From a virus (lineage: Duplodnaviria > Caudoviricetes), in IMG/VR virus record IMGVR_UViG_3300017774_004719, positions 1-59,235 of that record: 59,235 nt of DNA; one strand, written 5' to 3'. Shown here piece by piece: positions 25,689 to 37,600 of this stretch; the stretch's first letter is position 1, and every line of letters starts with the position of its first letter. Both the position numbers and the translations under genes were made by a program. A model generated the notes under the pieces. It was not told where the DNA came from, ran no database searches, and worked only from the letters and a program-made list of their open reading frames with translations.

Positions 25689-28637
25689 ATGGGTGCTTTT
25701 GACGATCTGATCCCCCAAGACAAGCGCCCCGCCGGCGGCGCTTTTGACGACCTGATCCCGGCTGACAAGCCCGAGGGTGCTGGTGCCGGGCAGACCGCCA
25801 AGGCGTTGGTTGGAGCCGTGAACCAGGGCGGTCGCAGCGTTGCGCGCTTGGTGACGGACCTGAGCCAAGCGCCGATTGATACCGTCAACGAGACGCTGGC
25901 CAACATCCCGGCCGCCGCCGATCGCCTGCTGACCAAGGGCCTCAACGCCATCACCCCCGCCGCAGCGGGCCGCTGGCGCGAGAGCGAAACCCTGCAGAAC
26001 GTCGGCCGCGTCATGAGCGGCGTTGCCCAGGAGACGCGCGAGCGCAACCTGAAGCAAGACGACGAGAGCGGCAGCGCCTGGCTCAACCCGCGCACTGCAG
26101 CAGCCCGCGTCGGCAAGGGGCTGGAGGAGCGCATGCGCCAGGACGCGGAGAAAGACGCCGCGATCATGGCCGCCGAAACCCCCGATGTAACCCGGGCGGC
26201 CAAGGCCATCAGCGACGCCCAGGGCTTCACCGGCACGGCGAAGGCGATCTTTGACAACCCGAGCGGCATGGTGCCGGCGCTGGGCGAGTCCCTGCCATCC
26301 ATGGCGCTGGGCGTTGCTGGCGCAGGCCGATCGGCTGCAGCCACTATGCGCGCCGCAGCGGTGGACGCCGAGCGCGCCGCGCTGCGCGTGGCCAATGCTG
26401 GCGGCGACGCCGCGGCCCAGCAGGCTGCCCGCGAAACCGTTTTGAAGGCCGGGCAGGAGCTGGCCACCAAGCGCGCCGGTGCCGTTGGCGCCGGGACCGA
26501 GGGCGCAACGGCCGCATCGCAAGGCGGCAACCAGGCGTTTGAGCAGGTGATGGCCATGCCGCTGGAGCAGCTGGCGAACTCGCCCCGCTTCATGGAGCTG
26601 CAGGCGCAGCTGGGTTCGCCCGAGGCAGCGCGCGAGCGATTGGCCAACGAGGTGCGCGGCCAGTCCAAGGGCTTGACCGCGCTGGCCACCGTGGGCGGCT
26701 CTGCGCTGGTGAGCAAGATCGCCGGCGGCGACAAGACCGCGCGCCTGCTGTCTGGCGCCGAGCGCAGCCAGTTCAGCGACATCCCGAAGAACATGCTGCA
26801 GGAGGGCGCCGAGGAGGTGGTGCAGGGCGTTGGCCAGGACTTGGCCGAGTACGGCGCCATGACGCAGGCCGACCCCAACAAGGATCTGGACCTGGGCGGA
26901 TCTGCGGCGCAGAACTTCGCCGCCGGCGCCGCGATGGGCGGCCCTGGCACGGCCGGCAAGGTGTTGTGGGATCGCCGCCCAGGTGCCGACGCCCGCGCGC
27001 CGGCCGCCGAGCCCGCTGCAACTCCACCCGCCGCCCCGCAGCCAGCGCCAGCCCCAGCCGCCACGCCCACGCCTGCTGCAGCGCCTGCTGCCCAGCAGTC
27101 CGACCCGCTGGCAGCCGATGCCGCCACCCTGGTGACGAGCATGGGCAAGGCTTCGCTGCCCGCCATTCAGCGCCATTTCCGCATCGGCTACAACCGCGCC
27201 GCCGGCCTGCTGGCGCAGCTGGAGCGCGACGGCATCGTGTCGCCCCCGGACGAGCAGGGCGGGCGCACGGTGCTGGCCAAGGCCCCGACCGCAACGCCGA
27301 TTGAACCCACCGATGCCCAAGCCCCAGAAGCCGCAGGAACCCCCGAGCCGCAAACCCCGGCAGATCAAGCGGGAACGCCAACGGGACTCGATGCAGCAGC
27401 AGGAACCCCCGACAACGAGGTGGACGCCGGAGCCGGAAGCACCCCGGTGGAAGCCGCTGGGCTGACGCCCGCCGACGATGGCGTGCCGGAATCGCGCGAC
27501 CCGAGCGGCGTGCAGGCCAGCTGGGTCATCAAGAACAAGGAAACCGGCGAGGTCATCCTAGAAACCTTCGACCGCGAGAAGGTCAAGGCCTTGAACAAGG
27601 CCAAGTACGAGGCTGTGCCGATCCTTGAGCACCTGCAGAGCCTCAACGGAAAGCCGAAGCCTGCACCGGCGCCAGCGCCCACCACCGGCACCAACGCCAA
27701 CGGCCAGGACGTGAACCTGCAGAACCGCAACCGTGGCAGCGCGGCATCGGTGGCGCAGATGACGGCCATCGCCCGCGACCCGGATTACCTGCGCCTTGGC
27801 CCCAGCCGCACCCCCGACAGCGGGGCGCCCATGGTGTTTGCCGTGGGCAACGACTTGAACCGCATCGCGGTGGACGCCTACGGGCGCGAGGACGTGGCGG
27901 TGATGAGCGACGGCCAGCGCGTGCCGTTCCGCTACGCCGTGGCCGACGCTTCGACCCTGGAGCCCAGCCACTTCGCTGACGGCCGCACCAACCCGGCTTT
28001 CAGCCAGGACGTGAACGGCACCCTCAAGGCCTTGAACAACGGCCGCACCGCAGGCCTGCGCGCTGCGCATGAGATGGGCACGGCCGGCCCGTACTTGGAA
28101 GCCCTGCGCGCCGACGCTGGGCAGCACGGCGTGGACCCTGCGGTGATCGACCGCACGCCCAACCCGGTGCTGGTGCGCGTGTACGACGAGGCCAGCAACA
28201 CCAAAGGCATGGCGGCCAAGAGCCAGGGCCAGGGCGAGGCCCTGAGCGTGACCGAGCAAGCGGCCACCGATGCACCGTTGATCGACCTGGGGCTGCTGGG
28301 CCAGTACCGCGGCGGCGGCTTGGACCTGGCGCAGAACGCCGGCTTCGTGCGCGGCTTCGTGCAGCGCCTGCAGGACGCCGGCCAGCCGATCGGCAAGATG
28401 ATGTCCTCCGATGGGGGCCTGAGCGCTGACGGCCTGACCCGCCTGAAGGCCGCCATGATGCAGGTGGCCTACGGCGATCCGGCCCTGGTGGAATCCATGT
28501 TTGAGAGCATGGACGCCAACATCAAGGCCATCGGCGGCGCGCTGCGCGAGGTGGCCGGCGAGTGGGCAGTGATGCGCGCCAAGGCCGCCGACGGCACGAT
28601 CCCGCCCGACGTGGACGTGACGGGCAACCTGATGTAA
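25689..28637 (+). CDS. Giant polyvalent (DarB-like) protein, N-terminal part: FtsK-gamma and ParB-like domains
   Basis: GAFDDLIP twice; FtsK-gamma-like segment at 27102-27275; LQNRNR...GAP...NNGRT ParB/DdrB-like motifs. Ends at a TAA in frame with the next ORF. Confidence 0.75.
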   Translation: MGAFDDLIPQDKRPAGGAFDDLIPADKPEGAGAGQTAKALVGAVNQGGRSVARLVTDLSQAPIDTVNETLANIPAAADRLLTKGLNAITPAAAGRWRESETLQNVGRVMSGVAQETRERNLKQDDESGSAWLNPRTAAARVGKGLEERMRQDAEKDAAIMAAETPDVTRAAKAISDAQGFTGTAKAIFDNPSGMVPALGESLPSMALGVAGAGRSAAATMRAAAVDAERAALRVANAGGDAAAQQAARETVLKAGQELATKRAGAVGAGTEGATAASQGGNQAFEQVMAMPLEQLANSPRFMELQAQLGSPEAARERLANEVRGQSKGLTALATVGGSALVSKIAGGDKTARLLSGAERSQFSDIPKNMLQEGAEEVVQGVGQDLAEYGAMTQADPNKDLDLGGSAAQNFAAGAAMGGPGTAGKVLWDRRPGADARAPAAEPAATPPAAPQPAPAPAATPTPAAAPAAQQSDPLAADAATLVTSMGKASLPAIQRHFRIGYNRAAGLLAQLERDGIVSPPDEQGGRTVLAKAPTATPIEPTDAQAPEAAGTPEPQTPADQAGTPTGLDAAAGTPDNEVDAGAGSTPVEAAGLTPADDGVPESRDPSGVQASWVIKNKETGEVILETFDREKVKALNKAKYEAVPILEHLQSLNGKPKPAPAPAPTTGTNANGQDVNLQNRNRGSAASVAQMTAIARDPDYLRLGPSRTPDSGAPMVFAVGNDLNRIAVDAYGREDVAVMSDGQRVPFRYAVADASTLEPSHFADGRTNPAFSQDVNGTLKALNNGRTAGLRAAHEMGTAGPYLEALRADAGQHGVDPAVIDRTPNPVLVRVYDEASNTKGMAAKSQGQGEALSVTEQAATDAPLIDLGLLGQYRGGGLDLAQNAGFVRGFVQRLQDAGQPIGKMMSSDGGLSADGLTRLKAAMMQVAYGDPALVESMFESMDANIKAIGGALREVAGEWAVMRAKAADGTIPPDVDVTGNLM

Positions 28638-28649
28638 GCCCTGCGCCTG

Positions 28650-31600
28650 GTGCAAGACGCCCGGCAGAAGGGCCAAGCCCTGTACGACATGGCCCGCCAG
28701 ACCGACATGATGACGGGCGAAACCCCGGACGAATTGACGGTGCGCCTGCTGGGCCTGTTCTTCTCAGGCCAGTTCTTTACCCGCCCCGCCGCCCAATCCA
28801 CAATCCAGCAGCGCCTGGGCCGCTACATCGAGGCCTCCAGCGTGGCATCGGCCGAGCCCGATATGTTTGGCGAGGTGGTGGGCCGCGATGACATCCTGAA
28901 CACCCTCCTTGGAAGGGACACCCTTGAAGCCGACCCAACCCCAGAACCCGCCCCCGCCCCGGAAAGCCAAGGACAGCCCGACAGCGGCAGCCCTGTTGGG
29001 AGCCCTCCTGCTGCAGATCGGCAACGAGGAGGCGGACGAAAGCCAAAGGGCACGGGGACGAAGCCTGCTGCAGACCGCCAAGGACAACCCGGCGGCCAAG
29101 ACGGCCAAGTTCCAACGGGCAATCAAGAAGGCGGCCAAGGTGCTGGCACGCAAGCCCGGCCAGAAGTAGCCCCGAACACGATCTTCACTGAGGACGCTGC
29201 GGCAGCTGCGCGAGAACGCCTCAAGAAGAAGCTCGCCAACAAGAGCCAAGCCGGCACCAAGGGCCAGCGCGGCGCCCTGGACCCCGAGGAATTTGCCGAC
29301 GGCGTGACGCTGGCCGGCTACCACATCGAAAAGGGCGCGCGCACGTTCGCCGCCTACGCCCGCGCAATGCTGGCAGACTTGGGCGAGGCCGTAATGCCCT
29401 ACCTGAAGTCTTGGTACATGGGGGTGAAGTACGACCCCCGCAGCCAGGGCCTGACCGGCATGGATTCGGCGGCCGATGTCGATGCGGTTTCGGTGGAGTC
29501 GTTGACCCAGTACCTGCAGGAGAACCAAGATGATGACCAGCGCCCCGACGCCAATGCTCCAGAAGCTGGCCAAGATGGTGAGCGACCCCAACCTGAAGCG
29601 CCTGCTGGCGATGCCGGAGCAGGGGCGCCTGCAGGCGATGGACCAGACGTGGAAGCAGATGGTGGCCAAGGGGGCCGACGCGCAGGCGGCCAGCGCCGCA
29701 ATCGACCTGGGGCCGCTGCTGACGGAGAGCGAGGCGATCAGCAAGATGGTGCTGCAGACGGGCGACCCGGGCCTGCGGGCGATGCTGCCCGAGGTGATGA
29801 CGCCGCAGGAGCTGGGCCAGCTGATGGAGGCCGACCGGATGCTGAACCCGAAGCAGATCGAGCAGGCGCTGAGCCTGGTGGCCAACCCGCCCAAAAGCTG
29901 ACCCTGGCCGAGCGGCTGGCGGCCCAGGCTGCAGCCGCGTCGATCCCGGTCAAGCCGGGCATCGAGAACATCCGCGCCACCCTGCCGCTGCTGCTGGAGG
30001 GCCAGCAGAACGACGTGCTGTTTGCCGAAACCCGGTTCGCCAAGCCGGACGGCTACGGCGTGCTGTTCACCAACGGCACCGGCACCGGCAAGACCTATTC
30101 GGGCCTGGGCATCGTCAAGCGCATGCACATGCAGGGCAAGCGCAACGGCCTGATCGTGGTCCCGAGCGAGAAGATCGCCAACGACTGGATGGCCGCGGGC
30201 AAGAACCTGGGCCTGAGCATCACGGCCTTGGCCGACACCAGCGACGCCGGCAAGGGCATCGTGGTGACGACCTACGCCAACCTGGGCGCCAACGACGCCG
30301 TGATGCGGCGCGACATGGATTTCGTGCTGGCCGATGAAGCGCAGCAGCTGATGCAGAGCGCCGACGCCGCCACGACCGGCGCGCTGGACGCGGTGCGCGC
30401 ACTGACGCTGCACCCCACGTCAGCCATCGAGCGCTACAACCGCCTGAACCGCGAGGACATCGCCAAGCTCGCAGCGATGAACGAGCAGTACGAGGCTTGG
30501 TCCAAGCTGCGCAACCGCGACGACACCATGGACGTGATGCGCGACAGCCTGGCCGCCGACATGGCCAAGCTGGAAGCACAGATGAACCCGCTGCGCGACA
30601 AGCTGGCGAAGAAGCGCGCCGAACAGCAGGAACTGGTGAAGGACCGCCAGGGCGCCGCGCGCCCGCGCGCCGTGTTCCTGTCCGCCACGCCGTTCGCCTA
30701 CGAGGTCAACGTGCAGTGGGCCGCCGGCTACCTGTTTGAGTACCCCGAGGTCAAGGACACCGGCCGCTACAACCAGCCCAGCCCGTACCAGGCTTTCATG
30801 GTGCAGCACTTCGGCTACTCGATGCGCACCGGCAAGCTGAACAAGCCCAGCGCGGATGTCGATTCGGACCTGATGCAACGCAACTTCAACACCTTCCTGC
30901 GCAAGTCGGGTGTGTTGTCGTCGCGCATGCTGGACGTGGATTTCGACTACGAGCGCCGGTTCATCCTCATCAAAGAAGGCATCGGCCAGAAGATTGACGA
31001 GGGCATGAAGTGGCTGCGCGAGGCCGACAACGGCCGGTACTGGAAGCTGTACGACCAGATCAACGCGCAGTTCGACAGCCTGACCCGGCGCCGCCTGCTG
31101 GAAGCCATCAAGGCGCGCGAGGCCGTGCCGTTCATCAAGGCCCAGCACGACCTGGGCCGCAAGGTGGTGGTGTTCTACGACTTCAACACCGGCGGCGGCA
31201 TCAACCTGTTCAACGTGCAGGAGCTGCTGGCCCAGGTGCTGGCGGCCGAGGCCAAGAACACGGACCCGGCTCTCGCCACCATCAAGGTGCCCAAGCGCGG
31301 CCAGCCGCAGACCATGGGCAAGGTGGAGGAGGAAGAGGTTCCGTTCTCGCAGCTGCTGCGCGAGTTCATTGAGCTCCGCCCGGATCTGCAGGCCATCGAC
31401 TTCCGCGGCTACACCAGCCCCTTGGACACGCTGCGCACGGCGTTCCCTGGCGCCGGGGTCTACAACGGCATGCCCGAGTTCAAGAAGTCGCGCCTGCAGG
31501 CCATCGACAACTTCAACGACGACGCCCAGCCAGGCGCAAACCTGCTGTTGGTGCAGAAGAACGCCAACGCCGGGTGGAGCGGCCACGACACGACCGGCAA

Positions 31601-34600
31601 GCACCAGCGCGTGCTCATCAACCTGGGCCTGCCCACCGAGCCCACGGTGTCGATCCAGCAGGAGGGGCGCACCTACCGGGTGGGCCAAGCCTCTGACGCG
31701 ATCTTTCACTACTTCAACACCGGCACGACCTGGGAGCGGATCGCCTTCGCGTCCACGATTTCGCGCCGCGCCGGCACGGCCGAGAACTTGGCCATGGGCG
31801 AGGAGGCCCGCGGCTTGCGCGAGGCCTACATCCAAGGCTTTGAGGACAGCGACCCCGACTACAAGCCCAGCGCCGCGGACGGCAAGGGCGGCAAAGCCAA
31901 GGACCGCTCACTCGTCAAGGCGCTGACCGACTGGGACCGCGCCCGCGCGCTGTACTTCGCCAAGCAGAAGCGCAACAGCAGCAACAAGGCCCAGGAGGGC
32001 ACGGACTTCTTCGCCACCCCAGAGCCCGTGGGCTTGAAGATGGTGGAGTGGGCCGACATTCGCCACGGCGAGGCCCTGCTGGAGCCCAGCGCCGGTGATG
32101 GCGCGATTGCCCGGTGGTTCCCCGAGAAGCAAGAGCGCACGGTGGTCGAGCCCTCGCTGGAGCTGGGTTCGCGCCTGGCGCTGGCGACCGATGCCAAGTT
32201 GGTGGCAACCCGGTTTGAGGACTTCAACACGGTCAACAAGTTCGACGTGATCGTGATGAACCCGCCGTTCGGCCTGGGCGGCAAGACCAGCACCGAGCAC
32301 TTGGCCAAGGCCATCAAGCACCTGAACGACGGCGGCCGCATCGTGGCCCTGCTGCCCGATGGGCCGGCGGCCAACAAGCGCCTGGACGCCCTGCTGACGG
32401 GCAGCAGCGACGTTCCCGCCAAGCCGGTGGGCACCTTCAAGGTCAACGGCAAGGACGTGGCGATCTATGAGGGTGACACGGTTTCGGGCCTGATCGCCGG
32501 TTCGCCGGCTGAAGGCCTGGTGACGCGCGCCGAGGGGAACATCCTGTTCGTGAAGCGGCCCGGCGCCACCACCGCCAACGGCATGCCCTATCAGGCCATC
32601 CGCGAGGTGAAGCCCACGGGGTCGCGCACCCGCAGCGTGCCCAACGCCCCCCATGTGTACGAGGTGGCCCGCATCAGCCTGCCCATGGGCGCCTTTGAGC
32701 GCGCGGGCACGGATGTGAAAACCCACATCGTCATCTTGGACAAGACCCTGGACCCGCAGAAGGCCGCGGCCATGGGTCAATCCACGCGCGACCTGTCCGA
32801 CGTGAAAACCGTCAAGGATCTGTTCGACCGCCTGGAGAGCATGGAACTGCCCAAGCGCCAGAAGGCCGCACCGGCAGCGCCGCCGGCCATGGGTCAAGCG
32901 CCCAAGCCAGCACCTGCAGCGCGTGCCGAGGCGGTTGAGCGCGAGCAGGCCAGCGGATTCACGCCGGCCGAGCAGGGTGCCGCCACGTTCAATCTGGTGG
33001 GCAACAAGATCGAAACCGACGCCCCAATGGCGACGACGGAAACCAAGGCCGGCAAGAAGCTGCAGGGCGTGTTTGTTCCCGACGGCGCAATGGCCAAGGT
33101 TGCGGACAAGTTCACTTGGCGCGCTCAGGGCGGCGGCGGCCAGTGGTTCGTGCGCATGGAGCACGTTGTGCGCCCGGGTGCTTCCGGCGCACAATCGGTG
33201 AATGAACCCGGCGCAACCTACCAAGTTGACCTTTTCGGTGAGCCGCTTGACCTTATCGGCCAAGCCGTACCCGCTGCCACCAAGCGGGCTGGCGCTGGCC
33301 GACCCGCACAGCCCGCCAGCGCTGGGGACATGGACGCCGCCGGCGCCGTACCGGGTGACACCCCGATGCCCGCCGGCGAGTTTTTGGTCAACACCCTGGT
33401 TGGGGTCGAGCGCACGCACCAGCTCAGCGCCCGAAAAGTAGAGAGCTCCCGGGATCTGGCGCAGGCCATGCGCCACCTCTACCGCAGCGCGGTGGAGCGG
33501 TTCGACGCCCTGGTGACGGACAAGAGCGGCAAGCCGCTGGCAATCGTTGGCGGCTTCAAGGGCGCCATTTCTTCGGCCTCCGTGCAGATCGATACCCTGG
33601 TGGGCGAGGCTGTGCGCGTGCCCAACGCGGCCAACATCTGGTTCGCTCACAACCACCCCAGTGGCCGGGCCGACTTGAGCAATGCCGATCGGCGGCTGTA
33701 CGAGCGACTGCAAGGCGTGTTCACCGGCAGCGGCATTGAGCCCCAGGGCTTGATCGCGGTTTCGCGCAATGCCTACTCGTTCACCAACGCCTTCACCAAC
33801 GACGACGACGTGATGCCGCCAGCTGGCGAGCCGATGAACGTGCCGGGGATTGAGCGGGTGCTGGACGACCGGCGCGACTTTTCGCAGTCGCCCAAGGCGG
33901 ACAGCCCGCCGGCGGCGCTGCAATTGGGCCGGCAGCTGTGGGCCAAGGGCGGCAATGGTGTGATGCTGCTGGATGCCCAGATGCGGATGGCCGGCTGGAC
34001 GCCGCTACCGGAAAGCGTGGACAAGCTGCGCGACACCGGCGGCCTGAACACGCTGTACCGCGCGCTCAGCCAGTCAAACGCCAGTTCGGCCATCTTGGTT
34101 CATGACGGCGTGCTGGACCAGAAGATCAGCAACACCGGCGTGAGCACTGGCCAGAACGTGGCCGCTGCCCTGCAGCTGGCCGGCGTCAATGTGGTGGACA
34201 GCCTCAACGTCAAGTCTGGTATGTCTCAGGCCTCCATTGGCCGCGACATCGCCGACGGCCCGGTGTTCAGCCGCGCCGCAGGTGGCAGCACGCCGGCCTT
34301 CAAAAAGTGGTTTGGCGACAGCAAGGTGGTGGACGCCGCCGGCGCACCGCGGGTGATGTACCACGGCACCGCCCAGGACATCACCGCCTTCCGCCCGCAG
34401 CAGGCCAATGCGATCTTCGTCACCGATGACCCGGAGTTCGCCGCCGAGTTCGCGGCGAGCAGCGAGTTCAAGATGCTGACCAAGGCTGACGAGTGGGGCG
34501 AGCCCCAGTCCAGCCAGAACATCCTGCCGGTGTACGTCAAGGCCGAGAACCCGTTCGACTACGAGAACCCGGCGCACCGCAAAGCTGTTGCCGATGCCCT

Positions 34601-37600
34601 GCTGGCGGCCAAGGGTCGCGTGCGCCCCGATGGCGAGATGGCCCTGGCGCGTTCGGACGGGTCGCCGACCCTCTACACGGCGCCCGTCATTGAAGCCACG
34701 ATGGCGCGAGGCGACTGGAACTTTATTGAGCGAGCCGACGTGCAGGCCATCATCCGCTCGCAGGGCCATGACGGCTTCTACGTGGAAGAGGGCGGGCGCA
34801 AGAACCTGGGCGTGTACGAGCCGGCCCAGCTCAAGAGCGCGGTGGGCAACCGCGGCGCGTTCGACGGCAGCAACCCCGACCTGCGCGCCAGCCGTGGCGC
34901 TGGCCGCTCCGGCGTGGGGATGCAGCAGCTGCAGGCCCTGCGCGACCGCGTGCGCAAGGCCATGCCCAGCGCCCCGGAAATCGTGCTGCACGACAGCCCA
35001 TCCGAGGCCGAAATCGGCCTGCGCCTGGCGATCCAGCAAGCCGGGGCGTTCAACGACGTGGAGGGCGCGCTGTACCAAGGCCGCATCTACCTGTTCGGCC
35101 GCAACCTCGCCAGCCTGGACCGCGCCGAGTTCGTGCTGGCCGAGCATGAGGTGGCGCACGCCGGCCTGCGCGCCGTGCTGGGTGACAACCTGGCCCGCGC
35201 CATGAACACGGTGGCCGAGATGAACCCGGCCCTGCGCAAGCTGGCCGAGCAGAAGGTCAAGACCCAGGGCCTGCGCATGGCCATCGCCATGGAAGAGGTG
35301 TTGGTGGACATCCCCAGCGCCGAACTGCCCAAGCTCAAAGGCTGGCGTGGCCTGGTGAAGATGATGGCCGACGGCCTGGACCGCATGGGCCTGACCCGCG
35401 CCGCCGCGGTGCTGCGCAACTGGCTGGAGGGCAAGACCGACGCCGCCGACTTGGCCGAGGCCCTGGCCGGCGATCTGATCCGCGCCGCCCGCGACCATGC
35501 CCGGGCCAAGCCCAACGCACAGGCACGGGGCCAGATGGCCGCGCAGCGCCTGGAAGCCACGGCCGGCCGCGCCGAGTGGATGGACAAGGAGGCCCGTGGC
35601 CGCGGCTTCAAGGACGCAGCCGCCATGCTGGCGACCAAGCCCGAGGTGCACGCCAAGCTGCAGGATCTTTGGAGCCGCCAGAACCCTGGCGTGTTCAGCC
35701 GCGAGGATCGCCCCCGCTGGTACAGCGCGCTCACCCGCGAGGTGGGCAAGGTTGGCATGAACGCTGCGCCCGCCAAGGGTTGGGCCGACACCATCAAGGG
35801 CATGGTCCAGAAGGGCCAAGTCAAGCAAGACGAAATCGAGTGGACCGGCCTGGGCGACTGGCTGGCTTTGCAAGAGGGCAAGGTCAGCAAGGAGCAGGTG
35901 CTGGAGTTCTTGGACGGCAACGGCGTGCAGGTTCAAGAGGTGACGCTTTCTGACGTGCAGGCCCGCGCGCTGCCGCCCGGCTGGGAAATCGTGAGCGATG
36001 AGGACGGCATGTACGCCGTGCTGGACGAGGACGGCGAGGTGATGGGCGAAGGCGAAACCCGCCAAGAGGCCCTGGAGGACGCCCAAGACGAGGACGCGCT
36101 GCCCGATTCAGCGGGTGCACCCAAGTACGGCCAGTACACCCTCCCTGGTGGCGAGAACTACCGGGAGGTGCTGCTGACGTTGCCGACCAAGGACGCCGGC
36201 AAGCTGGCGCGCGCCAACGAGTTGAACCGGCTGGCGGGCGTGGCCGGTACACCGGGCGCAGAGCGAGTCCGCTTGCTGCAAGAGCGCGACCGCCTGCGAG
36301 ACGAGGCGGGCAACGGCCAGCAGTTCAAGTCGGGACACTGGGACCAACCCAACATCCTCGCCCACATCCGCGTCAACGACCGCACCGATGCCGATGGCAA
36401 GCGGGTGCTGTTCGTGGAGGAAATCCAGTCGGATTGGGGGCAGTCGTTCAAGAAGCAACGCGATTCGGAGGCGGCCATTGAGGCGCGCACCGATGCAATC
36501 CTGAGTGAGTTGGGCGGCCCGATTGGGCGAACCGACGCCGAAGGGTGGCACTTCCGCTGGATGGGCGAAAAAGTGGCCGCGAACGGCGCCAAGAGCTACG
36601 ACGAGGCGAAGGCCCAGCAGCGCGCCAAGGCCGAGAGGATGGCGCGCGAGCGCATGGGCAGCGGCACGACGCCGGCCGCCCCCTTCGTCACCAAAACCGA
36701 AGGCTGGCTAAATCTTGCCCTCAAGCGCGTGATGACCATGGCCGTGGAAGGCGGCTATGACCGGGTGGCGTTTGTCACTGGGGAGCAGAGCGCGGAGCGT
36801 TATGACCTGAGCAAGCAGGTTGACCAGCTTGTGGCCTACGAGGACAACACTCTTGTCGCCCGCCAGGGTGGCCGCAACGTGATCGAACGGAAGTTCAAGG
36901 ACGAGGCCGAGTTGGCGGACATGATCGGCAAGGAGGCTGCGAGAAAGTTGCTCGAAGCCCGGCCCGACATGAACAACCAGCGCGTCCTGTCAGGCCAAGA
37001 CCTCAAGGTTGGCGGCGAGGGCATGAAAGCCTTTTATGACGCCATCGTGCCCAACGCAGCCAAGGGGTTACTCAAGAAGGTGGGCGGCGGGCAGGTGGGC
37101 GCGGTGGACTTGAAGTTGACCGGCATGCCATGGAGCGAGTACGAAAAGTACGCCGTCGATCATCCCTACCGCAAGAAGAACGCGCCGCGTGTGCCGGGCT
37201 TCGACATCACCCCCGCCATGCGCGACAAGCTGGCCGCAGGGCTGCCGCTGTTCAGCCGCGCGCCCAAGCCGCGGATGACGCGCGCCGACACCCAGACGCA
37301 AGGCTTCGACTTCGACGCACCGGCGCCCGAGGACTTCGCCCTGACCGCTCCGACCCGCCAGGACGTGCTGGCCCAGCAGCAGGCTCGCGAGGATGAAACC
37401 AAACGCGAGGCGGCCCAGCGCCGGGCCGCGGAGGAACTGGCGCGCAAGGACGCCGAGCGCAAGGCCATCGCCGCGCGCATGGACGCCAGCGCCGAGAACT
37501 TCCAGCTCGGACAGAGCGCAGAGGATGCACTGTCCGGGCAGGGCGGGTTGTTCTCCCGCGCGCCCACCGTGGAGGAGCGCGCCGACACCATCATTGGCCA

